Assembly (NCBI RefSeq): GCF_006345805.1
Contig: NC_043002.1
Location: forward strand, 17,236,001 to 17,300,000
Source: Octopus sinensis
Taxonomy: Eukaryota
Reading direction: 5' to 3'
DNA length: 64,000 nucleotides
Of this stretch, positions 15,870 through 27,073 are shown piece by piece (within the stretch, counting starts at the first letter, position 1; each line of letters starts with the position of its first letter). A program made the position numbers and the translations under genes. Below the pieces are notes generated by a model. It saw only the letters and a program-made list of their open reading frames with translations, was not told where the DNA came from and ran no database searches.

Positions 15870-16060
15870 ATTCACGAAAAAAACAAACAAAAGACGAAGG
15901 CAGGTGGTGTAGAAGACAAACAGATGTATTAGTATAACGCTCGGGAATTGAAAAACTATTAACGTTTCGAGCCTACGTTCTTCTACAGAAAGGAACACAT
16001 GAAAGAAACAAGGAGAGAAAAAATAATGTGTGTAGTGGTTAACGATTTATCATGACGAAT
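15870..16060 (-). mobile_element. Short PLE-terminus-like repeat with a hammerhead-like motif (CTGTAGA core)
   Basis: Reverse-complement homolog of 26770-26965; minus strand reads CCTTT-CTGTAGA-A-GAAC gtag GCTC-GAAACGTT. Confidence 0.6.
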
Positions 16061-16136
16061 ATATATATATATATCAAACAGTAAAAAATAAAACAGTAAA
16101 AAACATAAACGAATACATAGAAATAAAATTAATTAA

Positions 16137-16182
<46 letters not shown>

Positions 16183-16552
16183 TATATACGTTTTGGGGGT
16201 ATGTGTGTGACACTGCGTGTGATAATGCTATAAAAAGTAACATGTAAATTTTGGTTAGAAAAGTCATTTTAGATAAAGGATTTCGAAGGTCGTTCCTGGG
16301 ACTCGAAACCACAAATTCTGTAGAAATGAGAGGTTCTCTACGACTTTCTCAAAGTAATCATTTGAAATTCTGTATCCATTTTAGAATCTTTAATCATGCA
16401 GGTGCGAATTGTATATTGTTGAAGTCATAAGCCATGACTTTCGAGAGAACGTGAAATAATTACTTCACACAGTAAATGAACAAGCACACATAAAGTTATG
16501 AATAAAATAACACACAGATACACACACACACACACATACATGTACATATGTG

Positions 16553-16637
16553 AAAAGAGTGCTCGAGTGGTCTAAGGCGCCAGACTCAAGTTCTGGACCT
16601 ATAAATGTGGGCGTTGGTTCGCATTCCACTTCCGACA
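16553..16637 (+). pseudogene. tRNA-Leu(CAA) pseudogene, intronless
   Basis: GAGTGGTCTAAGGCG-CCAGA-CTCAAGT-TCTGG (perfect anticodon stem, CAA anticodon), long variable arm, 3' CCACTTCCGACA. The 5' acceptor strand is lost, the T-loop reads TTCGCAT and the T-stem has a mismatch. Confidence 0.8.
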
Positions 16638-16650
16638 ATTATTCTTTATA

Positions 16651-16868
16651 GGCACAAGTGTGGCTGTGCGGTAAGAAGCTTGCTTCCCAACCTCATGGTT
16701 CCATGTTTAGTTCGACAGCGCGACACCTTCGGCAAGTGTCTTCTTCGATAGACTAGAGCCGACCAAAGTCTTGTGAGTAGATTTGGTAGACAGACACAGA
16801 AAAAGCCCGCCGTATATAAGTTTGCGTGTCTGTGTGCATGTTTGTGTGTGTGTGTGTGTGTGTGCGTG

Positions 16869-16899
<31 letters not shown>

Positions 16900-17080
16900 A
16901 AGAGTGCGTGTGTGTGTTTTTGTGACTGTGTTTGTTCCTCTATCACTGCTTAAGAAAAGTGACCAACAGAAAAAGTATTATGCTTAAAAATAAGTCCTGG
17001 AGTTGATTTGTTCGACTAAAACCCTTCAAGGCGGTGCTCTAGCATGGCCGCAGTAAAATTACTAAAACAAGTAAAAGAAT
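16651..17080 (+). mobile_element. tRNA-derived SINE, family B (internal microsatellite)
   Basis: GTGGCTGTGCGGTAAGAAGCTTGC..CAAGTGTCTTC..(TG)n..AGCATGGCCGCAGT..AAACAAGTAAAAGA. Confidence 0.85.
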
Positions 17081-17886
17081 ATATACATCCATACACAACT
17101 TTGTCCCTGTATATGTGAGTCTTATATGTAAGTATAATGAGTAAAGTCATCATTAACCGGCATTAATCGCCAAAACTTAACGTGCGGACATCTTTCGTAG
17201 AACCTAGGAATATTTACTTATATCAGTAGGAGCTGTTCCTTAAGTGATAAAACTTACGTTTGCAGTTGGAAGGAAGTGAACTAAAAAGTAAAATGGGAAA
17301 ACTAAAAAATGATGTGAGTTATTTTATCCAGACAGCTTGTGGAAATTTAGAGAATTTCAGAAAATGTTTTAAGGTTGCACAAGGCATTTTACAGTCGCAT
17401 ATAACACATCAACATAAATTTCCAAACTGCTATATATTAACATATAACCCCATTTGCATGATGTTATCAGCACATACGCTTTCATATAGATCTATGAATC
17501 CATACGTGTGTGTGTGTGTGTGTGTGCGTGTGTGTGTTTATGGCTCTGTGTGAGAGTCAGTGTGTGTGTATTGTGTGAATGGATGCCTGTATGTGTCTGT
17601 GTCTGTGTGTATATCAATCTTTGTATTTATATGTTTCTGTATAGAAAGGGAAGAGATATATGTAAGGAAACATCCATATACATGCATTATATATATATAT
17701 ATATATCTGTATATCCGTATTACATTGCGAAATATTTATTTTAAGCTTCTACTTATTACAATATGTCGAATGAGTCATATGCAGAGAACATCATATTTGC
17801 ACATGCTGTTGGTAACGATGATTAGTTAAAACATTGGGAGACCAATGCTAATAACAGGGAATAATCAATATGGACATTAAGAATAA

Positions 17887-18445
17887 GGCGGCCAGCTGGT
17901 AGAAACATTAGCATTCCAGGCGAAATGCATAGCCGTATTTCGTCTGCCGTTACGTTCTGAGTTCAAATTCCGCCGAATTGACTTTGCCTTTCATCCCTTC
18001 GGGGTCGATTAAATATGTACCAGTTACGCACTGGGGTAGATATAATCGACTTAATACCTTTGTCTGTCCTTGTTTGTCCTCTCTGTATTTGGCCCCTTGT
18101 GGGTAGTAAAGAAATAGAAATAGGTATTTCGTCTGCCGCTACGTTCTGGGTTCAAATTCCGCCATGGTCGACTTCGCCTTTCATGCTTTTGGGGTCGATT
18201 AAATAAGTACGAGTTACGCACTGGTGTCGATATAATCGACTTAATCCGTTTGTCTGTCCCTGTTTGCCCTCTCTGTGTTTAGCCCCTTGTGTGTAGTAAA
18301 TAAATAGGTATTTCGTCTGTCTTAATGTTCTGAGTTCACCCCTTTCGAGGTCGATTAATTATGAACCAGCTGCGTACTGGGTCGATCTAATCGACTAGCC
18401 ACTCCGCTAAAATTTTGGGCTGTGTGGCTAGAGTAAAGAAGAATA
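17887..18445 (+). mobile_element. Trimeric family A SINE
   Basis: One full unit followed by two 5'-truncated units, each starting at TAGGTATTTCGTCTG. Confidence 0.88.
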
Positions 18446-18748
18446 TGGATATTCAAAATATTGACTTGTTGAAAGTATTCTCCTCATTTGCCTTTCATTA
18501 TAAGTTATGTTCATTTATCATTATTTCTATATGGTCGAGTACATTCTTCTTTATCTGCGTGTATGCCCGCGCGTATGTGTCTGTGTTCAATGCTCGAAAT
18601 GAGTAGACAGCAAAGAACTGAAGAAGGGCTGGGCTTTGTGTTACTTGTCCTGTTATCGCTTTGTTTCTCTCGTTGTTTGCGTACTGGACTCATTTGTTTT
18701 CGTATTTCATGTAGTTTACTGTTGGTGACGTCCGGTATCAATATATGC

Positions 18749-18801
<53 letters not shown>

Positions 18802-19457
18802 ATATATTATATATATATATATATATATACACACATTATTTATATTATTATTTGTTTTAACGCCACTCATCCATTTCAAAACTAGTTTATTTTAATCTTT
18901 CTGGATGCGACTCTAATCTATACTGTTTTCTTCCTCATCTTTTTCTCCCATGGACCGTTTTCTATCTGTCTCCTCCCTTATTTTCTCTCTGTCTCTTTCA
19001 TTGCTCATACGTGACCAACGTCCGTCTTTCTTTTCCACACGTGATCATCTTCCTTTTCCTTCAGGACTGTCCTAAGGTCTGGACGTATTATATATCTCGC
19101 TTCTATCTTTAGTCTTTTCAAAGAAAATATTTCACCACCGTTCGCTACTTTATCTTCATTCTGTCTAACGTTTCTTTTCGTTCGGTTTCCTTCTATCTCT
19201 CCACCGTGCTGATTTTGTTCCCAGCTTTACTCTCTGTGAATCCAAAATATAATTTCGGTACTTATGCGAGCAACAGTCTTCAAAGGCTCATCTTGTTGTT
19301 CAACGCTCGAAATGAGGAGTGGATAGAGTGCTGACGACTGATGAAGGGTTGCTCTTTGTCTTACTTGTTTTGTTTTCCATATCTTGCCTCGTTGTTTGCG
19401 TATTGCCACTCATTTCTCTTCGTATTTCATCTTGTTTCTTGTTACTGACGTGCTGTA

Positions 19458-19505
<48 letters not shown>

Positions 19506-19912
19506 GCCGCAGGAATGGCTGTGTGGTAAGTAGCTTGCTTACCAACCACATGGTTCCGGGTTCAGTCCCACTGCGTGGCACCTTGGGCAAGTGTCTTCTT
19601 CTATAGCCTCGGGCCGACCAATGCCTTGTGAATGGATTTGGTAGATGGAAACTGAAAGAAGCCTGTCGTATATATGTATATATATATATGCGTGTGTGTG
19701 TTTGTGTTTCTATGTTTGTCCCCCAAGCATTGCTTGACAAACAGTGCCGGTGTGTTTACGTCCCCGTTACTTAGCGGTTCGGCAAAAACGACCGATAGAA
19801 TAAGTGCTGGGCTTACAAAAGAATAAGTCGAGGGGTCGAGTTGCTCGATTAAAGGCGGTGCTCCAGCATGGCCGCAGTAAAAATGACTGAAACAAGTAAA
19901 AGAGTAAAAGAG
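19506..19912 (+). mobile_element. Family B SINE, full length
   Basis: Runs from GCAGGAATGGCTGTGTGGTAAG through GGGTTCAGTCCC to the (GTAAAAGA)2 tail. Confidence 0.92.
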
Positions 19913-19914
19913 TA

Positions 19915-19948
<34 letters not shown>

Positions 19949-20303
19949 CTCAAAATGTAACAATCTGCGAATCGATAGCGATATTCTTCCTCCTTGTGTG
20001 TTGTTTGCGTGGAGGTACATGTGCGTTTTTGTGTGTGTGAGAGTAAGTGCGCGTGCGCGTATGTGTGCATGTGTGAGAGGAGAGATTGATAAGGTGCGAT
20101 ATGAGTGCAGTATGTGTTGCCCAGCGTTAGTGTAGCCTAGGGTGTGAGTCATACAAAGCTTACTTCCCATGCATATGGTTCTGGTTTCAGTCCCACTAAG
20201 CAGGTCCTGCAGCATGTGTGATGTACTATACCCTCGGAGCGACTAGTGCCTGTGAGTGGATTTGGTAATTGACTTAGAAACAGAAAGGAGCCGTAGTATA
20301 TTG

Positions 20304-20398
<95 letters not shown>

Positions 20399-20631
20399 TT
20401 ATATATGAGGATAATATCGATATTTAAGTATCCAAATTATCAAGTGGCCAGCATGAAAGAAATACCGTACAAAGGTAAAAAAATTTTAACAATTAAATAT
20501 GAGGATGTCTAAAAGACACCAACATGCCGAAATAGCAGTCGAAATTCTGACTATAAAACCACGTTAAGTGTTCATATCGCACCATGAGGTAAAGCGGAGG
20601 GACAAAACAAACAAGCAAAAATTATTGAATA

Positions 20632-20691
20632 ATTCAAGATCCAAGGATTTCTGGTTCTGCTTTAAATAAGCTTTACCGTCATCAATTGAAT
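20632..20691 (-). ncRNA. Type I hammerhead ribozyme motif (left arm copy)
   Basis: Mirror copy of the motif at 20934-20993. Confidence 0.65.
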
Positions 20692-20933
20692 ATATCAAGG
20701 GTACATAAATACAGATATATATATATGCACAGCAAACGATATACTTACATGTTATATGTTATTATATTCACTGCGGTGCTTATTTTAACCATATCGTATT
20801 TATGCGGTGCTTTGGCGGGCAATTCAACTGGCTGTGTCCATACGTGCATATGTATGTATGTATGGCGCTCGTATATGTAAGTATATCGTTTGCTGTGCAT
20901 ATATATATATCTGTATTTATGTACCCTTGATAT

Positions 20934-20993
20934 ATTCAATTGATGACGGTAAAGCTTATTTAAAGCAGAACCAGAAATCCTTGGATCTTGAAT
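20934..20993 (+). ncRNA. Type I hammerhead ribozyme motif (right arm copy)
   Basis: ATTCAA-TTGATGA-CGGT..ACCA-GAAA-TCC tt GGA-TC-TTGAAT: perfect 6-bp stem I, stem III, AUC cleavage triplet; U3.G8 core and a C.A mismatch at the base of stem II. Confidence 0.65.
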
Positions 20994-21137
20994 TATTCAA
21001 TAATTTTTGCTTGTTTGTTTTGTCCCTCCGCTTTACCTCATGGTGCGATATGAACACTTAACGTGGTTTTATAGTCAGAATTTCGACTGCTATTGCGGCA
21101 TGTTGGTGTCTTTTAGACATCCTCATTTTTAATTGTT

Positions 21138-21191
<54 letters not shown>

Positions 21192-21333
21192 CTACATCAC
21201 ATATAAATATATATGTGTGTACATATGTACATATATATATTGTATATGTGTGTGTGCATGTATGTTTGTATGTATGTTTGTATGTATGTTTGAGTGGATT
21301 TGGTAATTGACAGAAAGGAGCACGTAGTATATG

Positions 21334-21381
<48 letters not shown>

Positions 21382-22052
21382 CATACATAAATATATATTG
21401 TGTGTACATATGTACATATATATATGTATATGTGTGTATGCATGTATGTATGTATGTTTGTATATATATATTTTTTCTGGCTGTGAATTCGGGTGTTGAA
21501 ATAAATCTTGTATCTTGGAAGGATCATAACGCCAATAATTGCTTGAAGAGGAGTTTAAGAGTGGGAAATCATCTTACATTGCCTAGACTAAATGAGCAAT
21601 GCCGGGCATATAATTTACTGGAACAATCATCTATACGCTATTAGCATGACATAGAACAACGGTGAGTGAATCTGGACAGAATTAGCATCGATATCGTATC
21701 TACATATCCGACTTCACTATTGCTACGACAGATACGCGTGTCTGCTCCAGGTATCACCCATGCTTTATACATAGACGTAGCTGGACATGTATGTAGTGCT
21801 TGAAGCAGATGTGTGGCAGCAGGATGCATGGAAATCCATGCAAATAAATGCGTTAAAAAAAGTACAAATCCAATACAGAACTATACATTTCCACGCACAC
21901 ACCTGCAAGTATGCACACGAGTGCACATGCACACATGCATTTGGAGGAGAATACAGGTAGTGTACGATTACAATGAAGGCAAGATGCAAATGAACAAGAG
22001 TAATTATGAACAATTCCAATATATAACTATACATATTTTTGAGCATTATATA

Positions 22053-22084
<32 letters not shown>

Positions 22085-22104
22085 GATATATATATAATAT
22101 ATAT

Positions 22105-22154
<50 letters not shown>

Positions 22155-22744
22155 TACATACATATATATACACACACACACATACACACACACGGCATAT
22201 ATATATATATATATATACAGACACACACACACGGAAGGCAAGAGAGGGAGGGAGAGAGAGAGAGAGAGGAATTAGGAGATTCCATTGAATTTTGAATTGC
22301 AACGTGCAATATTTCTGTGTTTAAGATTAGTAAAAGTCGTATAAGACATAATTTTACTTCCACAGCTTAAATTTATAATATTCCTCACTAAGATACATTA
22401 TGTAATTCTCTAAAAATGGAAATATAATATGTACACAGAAATATATTTATGTAAGTACGTTTATGTAAGCATTTTTATGTAACCATTTTCTTCTCGTTCG
22501 CTAAGAATCATTCAATAACTAAACGTACACATGTAGTTTATAAGTGTGTTCATCTATGTAATTTTGTGCGTGCATCATGTATGAATGAAAATACAAAATG
22601 CAACAACATAAAAAGAAGAAAACTAAAAATCACAATCCACATTTTACAGATTGACAAAACAATATCTCAATACCATTAATGTGAAATGTCCAGTTTCATT
22701 TATTTATTTTAAAAAGTAAAATCCCTTTTTAATTGATATACATT

Positions 22745-23083
22745 ACTCTTTTCTCTCTTTTACTCTTTTACTTGTTTCAGTCATTTGACGGTGGCCATGC
22801 TGGAGCACTGCCTTTATTTTAGCAAATCGACCCACAGGACATATTCTTTGTAAGCCTTGTACTTATTCTATCGAACCGCTAAATTACAGGGACGTAAACA
22901 CACCAGCATCGATTGTCAAGCAACGGACTTCTTTCAGTTTCTGTCCACCAAATCCACTCACAAGGCTTTGGTCCGCCCGAGGCTATAGTGGAAGTCACTC
23001 GCCCAAGGTGCCACGCAGTGGGACTGAACCCGGAACCATGTGGTTGGTAAGAAAGCTACTTACCATATAGCCACTCCTACGCC
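22745..23083 (-). mobile_element. Family B SINE lacking the central microsatellite
   Basis: Reverse complement of family B with the 5' and 3' halves joined directly near 22925. Confidence 0.88.
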
Positions 23084-24050
23084 CACATTTGAAGTCGATG
23101 TCTGAAGTTCGCACTCTCTGAAGTCTTCCAGATAATTTTATCTTTAGCGCTAAAATTATTACACTTAAATTTTCATTCCGAATTTAGATGGCTTTTCAAT
23201 GTGGAGGAGCATTATTTCGACTTGCTCTAAAATGGACGGAAAAGATCCATGCATTGCAATCACACATGTATGATCCTTAAATTTCCAGCGGAAATGCTGA
23301 CCCAAATATTGCCAGTAAATACATCAATAGATAAAAACAATTAGCTATATATACACCCAGCACCACGCAAATCACTTAGGAGTGAAAATTATGATTTCTC
23401 GATTTTTTGTGCATCGAAGTTGCTAAAACCTTTCCTAGCTGTGCTGCACACCATAGCAACACCAATGTTATGTTTTCATTTTTCAATGTAACGTCCTTTC
23501 TTTTTCTGTTTCAGATTCTTCAGTTTGTGGATAACTTGCTAGCGGGTACCTTTTTCATTCTATAGAACCATTTATATAGATCCACTATATAGAACCATTT
23601 CCTTAAAAAATGACTATACACAAAAATTCCAATTCTTCCTACTTGATCTACTTAATTCTCCTCCCTGCTTTTTTATGTTAGTATGTATGAATATATGTAA
23701 ATAAATACACGTATATGGGGTTTTGTGGTTTTATCTCCGTGTGTACATGTCTAAAAACCTATATTTCCGTGTGTGTGCGTTTGTGTATTTCTGTATACGT
23801 GTGTGTGTTCGTCTGTATATATTTGTTATACATATGGGTATATGTAATGTATGCGTGTGTCTGTGCGTGTGTGCGTGCGTGAGCACGTAAGTTTGTGTGT
23901 GTGTAAGTCTGTGTGTTGGTGTATGTTTGTAATTAAACACTCCCTATTCAAACACTGAATAACAAATCCTGAAGCAATTTTAAAAACCTTTTTCAAGCAG
24001 GAAACCCCTATTTCAGTAAACTTCTCTCTTTCTCTCTCTGTATATATATG

Positions 24051-24095
<45 letters not shown>

Positions 24096-24104
24096 TGTGT
24101 GTGT

Positions 24105-24137
<33 letters not shown>

Positions 24138-24248
24138 GGAGAATTCATAAAAAACAAAAGACAAAGACTGACGTCTCTGTTCGAAGGCTTATATTTACCT
24201 AGTTTCAGTGGAATACATCCACTTGTTTACAATAATAGAAATATTAAA

Positions 24249-24505
24249 ATAAGCCTTCGAACACAGACGTCAGTGGCACCTCCTGCGGGTCTGACTGCGC
24301 TACATTGACAAGGGGCAATACCCCGAAACGCGTCTGTAGCTGTCGGACTGGCAGTGTGAAGCGGCTGACCTCCCTTGTTCGAAGGTTATAATGGATACAG
24401 ATCGTGTATCAATAGCTATCTTGATGGCGGTGGCCTCATGGAGCTGACCATGGCAGCGATTATTCTTATATCTATAAGAATGCCATATTAATATGGCGAT
24501 AACAA

Positions 24506-24510
<5 letters not shown>
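24249..24510 (+). mobile_element. Short non-coding hammerhead-bearing element (retrozyme or PLE-terminus-like)
   Basis: Downstream GCTGACCTCCC..GAAGGTTATAATGGA..TGGAGCT..TGGCGATAAA/C matches the reverse complement of 30170-30330; ends in (TA)n. Confidence 0.7.
24283..24354 (+). ncRNA. Type I hammerhead ribozyme with U3-A8 core and extended, bulged stem I
   Basis: CTGC g GGTCTGAC tgc GCTACA-TTGACAA-GGGG caata CCCC-GAAA-CGCG-TC-TGTAGC t GTCGGACT g GCAG. Confidence 0.8.
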
Positions 24511-24588
<78 letters not shown>

Positions 24589-24641
24589 GTATATATATAT
24601 ATATATATATATCTATATATATATATATGCATATATATATC

Positions 24642-24710
<69 letters not shown>

Positions 24711-24767
24711 GTATATATATACGTATATATGTATATATATATATATATGTATATATATATAGATATA

Positions 24768-24836
<69 letters not shown>

Positions 24837-24952
24837 AATTTAAAGTGAGGGTAAGAAATTAGATATTAATTTAATTAACATCGATTTCACACCAGTGGTC
24901 TCGCATATTATAAAAAAATGAAGGCTCAGTAAAATTTTATTATATACATATA

Positions 24953-25168
24953 AGAGGTGGAAAACACTTTGTGGACACCCTTATGCTAGAAATAGATCCG
25001 CTATGGTCTTACCACTAAGAAATGTTCTCAAGAATAATTTAGCAAAACAAACAAAATTAATTACGTTTTGGTTGTTTTGCAAGATTTTTCTGGAGAACAT
25101 CTCTTAGTGGTAAGACCATAGCGGATCTATTTCTAGCATAAGAGTGTCCAGAGAGTGGTTTTCCTCTA
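24953..25168. repeat. ~100-bp-arm imperfect palindrome
   Basis: CTTATGCTAGAAATAGATCCGCTATGGTCTTACCACTAAGA is mirrored by TCTTAGTGGTAAGACCATAGCGGATCTATTTCTAGCATAAG, with further pairing toward the centre near 25058. Confidence 0.9.
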
Positions 25169-25739
25169 ATATATGTGTGTATATATATATATACATATAC
25201 ATACACGCATACCACTATATGCGCATGTGAGCGTGTGCGTGCGCACACGCGTGTTTATGTGTATTAAATTCGGAGGCGATCTACACGTGTATTGATTTCA
25301 TCAGAGATATTACGATTGCGCTTAAGCAATGATATTCTGGGAGAACTATTTTAAGATTACACAAAACCTGCTATATTCAATTTTCTTTTAATATTTTGAT
25401 GTGTCAAATATCTGTTGCAATTTTGCGAGTAAGTCACTAGGGCACGTTCATTATATATGTTGAATATTTGTTACTGATAATTTATATACTTCTCACAGGT
25501 TTCTATTTTTTTCTTCTTCTATGTTACAATTTAGTTTGTTCTTCTAAATGTCTATACTCTTATTAAATTGCTCAAGCTTTTTAAGAATTCACTGTTTTCA
25601 TGTCTAATCACAACGCGCATTCACACTCAGACACAAGAACTCTCTCTGTCTCTCTCTCTCACTCTCTCTCTCTCACTCTCCCTCTCTCTCACACTCTCTC
25701 TCTCTCTCTCTCTCTCACTCTCACACACACACACGCGCA

Positions 25740-26290
25740 TAGATTACTTCCTCCCTTTTGTCCAATATTTCCATCCTGCACTCGAATCCTTCGGCACAAT
25801 TTTCCACACTTCCATCACCTTTCCCGATATTCTGGCCAACAGACATCACTCCACTCTCTCCACCTCTCCACCCTGCCTCTCGAACGCACCATTCTCCGAG
25901 CCTTCCAGCCTACCTCTCCCCTCCTTCAAACGAGATCACAATCTACATGACCAGCTGGTTCACAATTTCTTCCCTAACCCCACCTCCCAACACGGCTCGT
26001 TCCCCTGCTCCAGCAAACGCTGCCGCACTTGGCGCTATCAAACACCACCATCCTCACAGGTACCCATCATCGTCCCTATCATATCACTAACTCCGTCACC
26101 TGCACTTCTAGCAACGTCATTTACTACATCCCCTGCTCTTTCTACCCTTCTCAGTACATCGATCAAACGGGACGCCACTTGGCTAATCGATTCGTGGACA
26201 CACGCTTTCACCGTGAACAGAAATTAATCTTCTCTCTTCGCTCCTTTGAGCCAGATGGACTCAACTCCCCTCCCCTCTTCATCTGACTCC
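25740..26290 (+). mobile_element. Penelope-like element 3' region (linker and GIY-YIG endonuclease), degenerate
   Basis: PSFKRDHNLHDQLVH..GSFPCSSKRCRT, TCTSSNVIYYIPCSFYPSQYIDQTGRHLANRF (VIY..YIG-like), ends LRSFEPDGLNS. Confidence 0.85.
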
Positions 26291-26384
26291 TCTCCACTCT
26301 TCCTTTCCCCCAACACTCCTCTCCTCTCTTTACTTCCACCCTCTCAATATAATGTCGTACCCTCCATCCACACCCACCCATTTA

Positions 26385-26745
26385 GTGGCATTTTGGCCAA
26401 GCCTTCTTCAATTATAGACTTGGACCGACCATAACCTTGTGAATCGATCTGGTAGACGAAAACTGAAAGCAGACCGTCGTATATATATGTATGTATATAT
26501 ATATATATATATATATTATTATATATATATATATATAAATGTATGTATTTGTGCGTCTGTGTTTGTCCCCCAACCATCGCTTGACAACAGATGTTGGTGT
26601 TTACGTCCCCATAACTTAGCGGCTCGGCCATAAGTGCCCGATAGAATATGTACTAGGCTTACAAAGAATACAGCCTGGGCCGATTTGTTCGACTAAAGAC
26701 AATGCTGCAGCAAGCCGCAGTCAAATCACTGAAACAAGTAATAGA
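26385..26745 (+). mobile_element. 5'-truncated family B SINE
   Basis: GTGGCATTTTGGCCAAG..GGTAGACGAAAACTGAAAG..CTGAAACAAGTAA. Confidence 0.8.
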
Positions 26746-26769
26746 AATATATATATATATATATATATA

Positions 26770-26965
26770 GTCGACATGATAGATCGTTAGCCACTACACA
26801 CATTTTTTCTCTCCTTTTTTCTCTCCTTTTTTTCTCTCCTTGTTTCTCTCCTTGTTTTTTCTGTGTTCCTTTCTGTAGAAGAGCGTAGGCTCGAAACGTA
26901 AAGGATTTTTTTCTTGTTTTGTACACCACCTGTCTTCATCTTTTGTATTTTTCGTAAACTCTCCC
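26770..26965 (+). mobile_element. Short PLE-terminus-like repeat with a hammerhead-like motif
   Basis: CCTTT-CTGTAGA-A-GAGC gtag GCTC-GAAA-CG-TA-AAGG at 26868-26904; flanked by (TA)n. Confidence 0.6.
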
Positions 26966-26987
26966 TATATATATATACATATATATA

Positions 26988-27073
<86 letters not shown>

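Larger units (their letters stand above)
20487..21138. repeat. 264-bp near-perfect inverted repeat (124-bp spacer) of a PLE-terminus-like sequence
   Basis: 20487-20750 is the reverse complement of 20875-21138 with two visible mismatches; homologous to 60330-60540. Confidence 0.95.

Noticed and set aside
18590-19460. Two related short repeats with GCTCGAAATGAG upstream of CTGA(A/T)GAAGGG, a possible permuted hammerhead
   Set aside because: Convincing stems I and III could not be built by eye; a family consensus is needed
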